Of a stretch of 64,000 bases of DNA, positions 58,892-64,000 are shown one piece after another; within the stretch, counting starts at the first letter, position 1, and each line of letters starts with the position of its first letter. This stretch comes from Deltaproteobacteria bacterium (GTDB lineage Bacteria > Desulfobacterota > DSM-4660 > Desulfatiglandales > HGW-15): contig JAFDAM010000002.1 in assembly GCA_019313825.1 (NCBI GenBank), forward strand, positions 265 through 64,264. Reading direction: 5' to 3'. The notes under the pieces are model-generated. The model was not told the DNA's origin. It worked only from the letters and a program-made list of their open reading frames with translations, and did no database searches. A program made the position numbers and the translations under genes.

Positions 58892-59818
58892 TTAGTCGTA
58901 CCCCCATTGAGATATTACATCCCGTTTAAGAAATTGGCCTAATTTATCCACTTCTTCTTTATATGTTGTCATCAATTCTTTTCTAAAATCTTCATCGAGA
59001 GTGTCTCGGGGCTTATATGTTACAATCCTATTTTTATAAAATTTTTTCATTCCGGCATATGCGTCTGCTGAAAAGAGTAGACGCAGGGCTTTGCGAAAGT
59101 AAGGCGAATCCAGTGTATACCTTTTTAATCTAGGCCATTTAAGCATCTTATTAGGATTAACGATTTCGAATTCAGGCTTAAAGGAAGAATCCACATCAAG
59201 AAAGGCTAAAACTTGTCTGAATATGATCTCAGTGTTTTCTTTAAAGTCGTCAAAAATGATTATCTTCACCTGATCGCGGTTAAAATATTTTAAGAATCGA
59301 TTTATCTGCTCTGTATATTTAATAAATTCAGAATAAAACAGCCATGATGGTGCTATAACCCGTTTTGAAAAACATCTCCCATCTCTTCTTTCTTTTTCAA
59401 CTATCAAAGCGGTTTTTAAATTTTTATAATTTTCCCCTAGAGAAAAAACTGCCGCAGAATGATAGGAGTATAAAAAGTCAACCGGCTCCCTGAACATCAT
59501 GATAATTTTCGCTTTAGGATTAAAATTGAAAATATTTTTTGCCGAAGTTTTTGAACATAAATTAGTTGCAGATGCTTCACCGGCTATCTTTTCATTGTTC
59601 CATTTTACATAAAGCGTTAAATAATCTCTTTCGGTTCGATAAGGAAAATATAAAGATTTTTTATGATAATTATCGCTTTCAATACGGAAATCGGAAGCAA
59701 AAAAGTTAGGCTCCTTTATTGAAGTCATAAAAACATCAGGGTGCTGATTTAAGTAATTGTGCAGTGAAGAAGTGCCGGTTCTAGGATGTCCGACAATAAA
59801 CAGATTGGGTTTGCTCAC
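58892..59818 (-). CDS. PAPS-dependent sulfotransferase-family protein
   Basis: 308 aa. N-terminal 5'-PSB-like loop FIVGHPRTGTSSLHNYLNQHPDVFM. Sulfotransfer-domain layout. Confidence 0.8.
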   Translation of the reverse strand: MSKPNLFIVGHPRTGTSSLHNYLNQHPDVFMTSIKEPNFFASDFRIESDNYHKKSLYFPYRTERDYLTLYVKWNNEKIAGEASATNLCSKTSAKNIFNFNPKAKIIMMFREPVDFLYSYHSAAVFSLGENYKNLKTALIVEKERRDGRCFSKRVIAPSWLFYSEFIKYTEQINRFLKYFNRDQVKIIIFDDFKENTEIIFRQVLAFLDVDSSFKPEFEIVNPNKMLKWPRLKRYTLDSPYFRKALRLLFSADAYAGMKKFYKNRIVTYKPRDTLDEDFRKELMTTYKEEVDKLGQFLKRDVISQWGYD

Positions 59819-59900
59819 GTCATGATTCTCCTTTAATGAAAGAGCTAACTCATTTTAAATAGTCATAACAACAATAACATTTACTGTACACTTCTTTTTA

Positions 59901-60887
59901 TCAGGGATGGAATCTCTCCTTTATAGTTGCAACTTCCCTCGAAGGTAGTGGATGCTTAAGCCAGAAAAAAATGCCGGAAAATTTAAAACATACAGCCCAT
60001 AAAAAAGCGAGAAAACCGAGTGCCAGTGCAGCCTCTCTTGAGAAACCGGAAAGTGGAAGTGTCAGTAATAGGATCGCATCCCTGGTTCCCAAACCATTCA
60101 CTGTAATAGGAAGAATATTTGCTACACCAATAAGTGCCCTGCAGCCTATTAACATAAAGAAGCTCGCATGCATACCCAAGGCAATAGCAAGAACATAAAG
60201 GACAAAAGATCTTAAAAGTCCTATCGCAATAGAGAGCCCCATGATTACTAAAAAAGACCTCAGAGTAAAGCTAGACCAAAACCCGGACAAATCTTTCTCC
60301 AAATTACGCCCCAGTTGTTGGAATTTCTTGTTTAAAAATTTTTTTAAAAATCCATTAAAATACGCCCAGACCCTTTTTTTAAAAATCAAGACCATAATAA
60401 CAGTAAAGATCAGACCACCATATAGGGCAAATAGAAACCTACTATCGAAAAGGTCCTTGGGAAAATAGATGAAACCCAAAAAGCCGAAAATGATAAGACC
60501 TACAATATCGAACAGCTTGTCCAAAGATATCGAAAGCAGAGCGGTAACTGCCGACTTGCCATCTTGCTTTAGATAAAATATTTTTGATATTACGGAAACC
60601 CCGCTTAGGGGCAGAATACCAACGAACCAGGAAATGTAGTAAGTTTGAAAAAGTTGCTTAAAGGTAGTCCCCATGTCCAAATGTCGACATATGATCCACC
60701 ATCTGAAAGTTCTGATTGCTATAATAACTGGAAAGAGACCTATGCTCATCAATACTATATCCGGCCTTACCTTCTCGAGTAACTCTATTGCAACCCGAGG
60801 ATCAACGATCTTTACAATGAAAAGAAGCAATAATAGTGGACCAATTAATTTTAACAGACCTTTCCTTCTGATATTAAATAATCCCAT
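59901..60887 (-). CDS. Polytopic membrane protein, UPF0104 / lysyl-PG-synthase TM-region (flippase-like) family
   Basis: 328 aa, hydrophobic throughout. N-terminal ...AIRTFRWWIICRHL resembles the family RW motif. Confidence 0.55.
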   Translation of the reverse strand: MGLFNIRRKGLLKLIGPLLLLLFIVKIVDPRVAIELLEKVRPDIVLMSIGLFPVIIAIRTFRWWIICRHLDMGTTFKQLFQTYYISWFVGILPLSGVSVISKIFYLKQDGKSAVTALLSISLDKLFDIVGLIIFGFLGFIYFPKDLFDSRFLFALYGGLIFTVIMVLIFKKRVWAYFNGFLKKFLNKKFQQLGRNLEKDLSGFWSSFTLRSFLVIMGLSIAIGLLRSFVLYVLAIALGMHASFFMLIGCRALIGVANILPITVNGLGTRDAILLLTLPLSGFSREAALALGFLAFLWAVCFKFSGIFFWLKHPLPSREVATIKERFHP

Positions 60888-60979
60888 ATATCCTTTCTTA
60901 TATATAGCGCTTTAATGTTAGGTTGCCTGCTGATTATTGATAAATAATCTCTTATCAGGGAGATGAGTTTTATATTGAT

Positions 60980-61990
60980 TTAACGTTTTACGACATCATC
61001 ATTCGGTAAATAAGGCTCATCAATTGTTCTCAAAACACCATCATTCATATCATTCCCCCAGGTTATAAAAAATTTGAACCAAGAATAGATAAAAATAAAA
61101 GGCGTAAATCCAAATGCAACCATGAATCTGAATAAATTGAAATTTTTCCCCCCATCCTTTCTTGCCACTTTTAGAGGGATACCAAGGAGCAAAAAAGGAA
61201 GCTTTTTTAAATAATCCATTGTGCTCAACCGATTCAGATAAACTATCAAACGATTGCTCGAAATGTGAATCAGTTTGCGGAGCATCTGACTTGGCTTTCC
61301 CGAAAAAGCATCATCACGATAATGAAATATCAGAGCCTTACGCCATACATACATTTTTCGTCCTGCATCTTTTAATCTAATGGACAGATCCAAATCTTCC
61401 ATATAGCTTCCTAATTTTGAATCAAATAGATAGCCATCAAGATCTCTTATTATCTTTTTCCGAAATCCAAGACCATTTCCCGAAACAAAGACCACCGACA
61501 CGAAATCCCTTTCTGTCTTAATGACACGATATGAGGCATATCCAAAAGGGGACAAGGTATAAAAACCTGCTTTTTTTAGTGAATAAGAAAAGCGGTCAAT
61601 ATCATTTGCAGACGAAACCATAGACATGTTTGCAGATATCGCGCCTGCATCCGGATTATTATCAAAGGCATTCAGGATCTCTTCAAGGCAATTAAAATGC
61701 ACTACAATATCTTGATTCATTAATAGTATAATGTCACCCTGTGCATAATTTAAGGCTTTATTGTTTCCACCTGCAAACCCATAATTCATGGAGAAATGAA
61801 GCACTTGGACGTTTTTCTGTTCTTTATATCTGTCTACACTGGGCGTTGAACCACCATTATCAACGATAATGATTTCATATAAATGCCTTGAAAGGCTCTG
61901 GTTTTCTAATGAATGCATCAAAGATTCAATCCAGCGACCTCCATGATAAAAAAGGACGATTACGGATAGTTTGATTTTTGAAGATGGCAT
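60980..61990 (-). CDS. Family 2 glycosyltransferase
   Basis: 336 aa. LSVIVLFYHGGRWIESLMHSLENQSL, YEIIIVDNGGS, ILLMNQDIVV. Confidence 0.85.
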   Translation of the reverse strand: MPSSKIKLSVIVLFYHGGRWIESLMHSLENQSLSRHLYEIIIVDNGGSTPSVDRYKEQKNVQVLHFSMNYGFAGGNNKALNYAQGDIILLMNQDIVVHFNCLEEILNAFDNNPDAGAISANMSMVSSANDIDRFSYSLKKAGFYTLSPFGYASYRVIKTERDFVSVVFVSGNGLGFRKKIIRDLDGYLFDSKLGSYMEDLDLSIRLKDAGRKMYVWRKALIFHYRDDAFSGKPSQMLRKLIHISSNRLIVYLNRLSTMDYLKKLPFLLLGIPLKVARKDGGKNFNLFRFMVAFGFTPFIFIYSWFKFFITWGNDMNDGVLRTIDEPYLPNDDVVKR

Positions 61991-62005
61991 TTTAACGTTC
62001 AGCTC

Positions 62006-62022
62006 AAAAAAAAAAAAAAAAA
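62006..62022. repeat. A17/T17 homopolymer, 15 nt upstream of the GT2 start codon
   Basis: Counted directly (5+10+2 A). Lies between the sulfotransferase stop (62051) and the GT2 ATG (61990). Confidence 0.95.
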
Positions 62023-62050
62023 TATGTCAAAAGGATATCATATTATCCTT

Positions 62051-62983
62051 TTACTTGCCGCTTTTCCATAATGAAAGGTCTTTGCCGATCAGATCTTCTA
62101 AGCGGCATATATCATCAAAAAATTTTTCCTTCAGGTATTGGGCAGTTTTAGGGTTAATAGGCGTTGGTGGTTTTATATCTATGTTCCTCATCAGATGCGG
62201 AATCTTTTTTATTAGATTTCTTGAAAATACAAATGAAATTGTTTTTAGAAACAAACCGTAATCTTTCCAAAATCTCGGTATGCTAAGAATCCCACCGGCA
62301 GGATTATGCACCTTAATTGCAGGTATAAAAGAATCATCCACCCCCATAAGACGAAATGCTCTTTGGGCAACTTTCACTGGATCACTGACAAGCTCTTCAA
62401 ATAAAAAAATCATCACATTATCTTTTCCAAAAATGTCGAGATAGCGTTTCACTTGCTCGTAATAAAGTCCTCTATGATAGTAATCATAGTTCGCATGCCA
62501 CCCGTAGCACTGCTTCTTAAACATGGGGTCTTTTCGCCTGTTCTCTTCCACTTCTAAGGCAGCCTCAAAAGTGACCGATGTCTCTCCTTCTTTGCGAACC
62601 TGGTGGTTATATAAGGAATAACTCATGTCAACCGGGTTCCTGAGGACGATAAAAATCTTTATCAGACCCAAAACATCTTTTATTAATCGTGGGGCATCTT
62701 GATCATAGAGATAACTGGTAGATGCCTCTCCAACTGCGGAATATTTCCTCGCTTTGGCAAATACACGCCAATAGTACTCAGCCTTTTTTACTCTGTGAAG
62801 CGGTCCAAAAGGATCTCCCGTGAAAAAGGAAAGCTCCTTCCACTCAGGCATAAAAATATCAGGATGCTGGCCTAAATATTTATATAATGATGTAGTACCG
62901 GATTTGGCAGCTCCAACAATTAGAAAATTAGGTATCATTCTGCCTGAGTGATTACTATAAAGTCTTGGGTTATTGTCATTCAT
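62051..62983 (-). CDS. PAPS-dependent sulfotransferase-family protein
   Basis: 310 aa. FLIVGAAKSGTTSLYKYLGQHPDIFM (5'-PSB loop). Paralogous to the 58892 protein. Confidence 0.82.
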   Translation of the reverse strand: MNDNNPRLYSNHSGRMIPNFLIVGAAKSGTTSLYKYLGQHPDIFMPEWKELSFFTGDPFGPLHRVKKAEYYWRVFAKARKYSAVGEASTSYLYDQDAPRLIKDVLGLIKIFIVLRNPVDMSYSLYNHQVRKEGETSVTFEAALEVEENRRKDPMFKKQCYGWHANYDYYHRGLYYEQVKRYLDIFGKDNVMIFLFEELVSDPVKVAQRAFRLMGVDDSFIPAIKVHNPAGGILSIPRFWKDYGLFLKTISFVFSRNLIKKIPHLMRNIDIKPPTPINPKTAQYLKEKFFDDICRLEDLIGKDLSLWKSGK

Positions 62984-63017
62984 CTGTTTAGATAGGATTC
63001 ATTTTGGTAAAGTTGAT

Positions 63018-63863
63018 TCATATTTTCAGACCTGTCTCTTTAATGAACTTATTTGCCAGTTTTTTGTCTAATTTTTTCATCTTCTTAAAATGTTTTAAAG
63101 CATTTTTCATATCCCCAATCAATAAGTAGCAATGACTTAATGAATAATACGCTTCCCCGAATTCGGGGCTTAGTCGAATTGCTTTTTGAAGATAGCTTAT
63201 TGCCGATCTGAAATCATTTTGCTTTAGAAATAAACCACTGACTTTGTAATAGGTTATTGGATCAGGCATAATATTAAGGGCTTTTTCGTAATACGAACTA
63301 GCCTTTTTGGGATATCCAAGATGAATATAGGAATCACCAATTGACTGATAGCAAATTCGGACTTTTACCTCTTTCATGGGGCCACTAAATGTTTTATATA
63401 AATTCAATGCATCCTGAAAGGCATCAATCGCTTTATAATACCTGTTCTGGCTAGCATAAAGTATTCCTAAAATTACAAAAGCCTTCGCATAATTACGATC
63501 AATCGCAATGGCTTTCCGGACATTTTCTATTGCCGGATCGATTAAGCCATGAGCCTGCAAAAAGAGGGCGTAATGATAATACACTATAGGATTTTCAATA
63601 TTCAAAGAAATTGCTTTCTTTCGTTCCAATACAGCGATTGTGAAAAAGAGGTTTCTATAGATTTCAAATTGTTTAGAATCAATGCAAATGGACCGTTTAA
63701 ATAAATCCACGGCTCGCTCATATGAACCATTATTAAAGAATTCCTTACCCTCTCTATTTAATAACGCTACTTTATACTGTATCTCTTCATTAGAATAATT
63801 TGACTCTAAAGAGTTACATTCATAAAGGGGAAACACTGTCTTAAATACTTTATTTAAAAACAT
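63018..63863 (-). CDS. TPR-repeat protein (frame stays open to the window edge, so the N-terminus may lie beyond 64000)
   Basis: 281 aa from the first ATG. Repeated A-x-x-x-Y/F-x-x-A-L/I TPR helices. No stop in frame between 63864 and 64000. Confidence 0.7.
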   Translation of the reverse strand: MFLNKVFKTVFPLYECNSLESNYSNEEIQYKVALLNREGKEFFNNGSYERAVDLFKRSICIDSKQFEIYRNLFFTIAVLERKKAISLNIENPIVYYHYALFLQAHGLIDPAIENVRKAIAIDRNYAKAFVILGILYASQNRYYKAIDAFQDALNLYKTFSGPMKEVKVRICYQSIGDSYIHLGYPKKASSYYEKALNIMPDPITYYKVSGLFLKQNDFRSAISYLQKAIRLSPEFGEAYYSLSHCYLLIGDMKNALKHFKKMKKLDKKLANKFIKETGLKI

Positions 63864-64000
63864 TAAATCTTTATTACTTTTTTCTAAACATATTTTCGTA
63901 AGCTTCTTGAGTGTTTCAATATCTATAATCGGTTCTAATTTGTATTCTGATTTTACATCTGAAACGACTTTATAAACATTAACTTCATCAAATGAGACAG

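Overview
64-kb chromosomal window. Gene content suggests a deltaproteobacterial/Desulfobacterota-type anaerobe; this rests only on IorAB, a membrane pyrophosphatase, DUF1844, CarD/CdnL and the many short dispersed repeats. There are three blocks. (1) 1-14 kb is a surface-polysaccharide locus: a DegT-type aminotransferase, PglF-like and CapD-like NDP-sugar dehydratases, and an SQD1/SqdB-like UDP-sulfoquinovose synthase. It is interrupted by a ~7-kb island with five complete type II toxin-antitoxin pairs, an orphan AAA+ ATPase, relics of a REP-associated tyrosine transposase (RAYT), nine REP-like palindromes and three diverged copies of the aminotransferase 3' end. (2) 14-55.8 kb is housekeeping core: infA, lptF/G-like, mnmG, purA, iorAB with two acyl-CoA ligases, recO, serA, htrA, ispE-tRNA(Gln)-prs-rplY-pth, hppA, carD, rluD, rho-rpmE-prfA-prmC. 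(3) 55.9-64 kb is a visibly A+T-richer minus-strand operon with two sulfotransferases, a GT2 glycosyltransferase, a flippase-like membrane protein and TPR/GT-C-like proteins. At least six short-repeat families overlie these blocks: REP-like palindromes, a MITE with 9-bp target duplications, a ~215-bp repeat, a ~170-210-bp TIR element, a hairpin plus ATCTTCGAT box, and inverted short-tandem-repeat arms flanking a four-helix-bundle (23S-IVS/Avd-family) gene and its decayed miniature copies. I saw no CRISPR array, rRNA, integrase or reverse transcriptase. The strongest candidates for something new are the stacked TA island, the apparently mobile four-helix-bundle elements and the sulfotransferase operon. 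All calls come from reading the sequence and the ORF translations; no searches were run.
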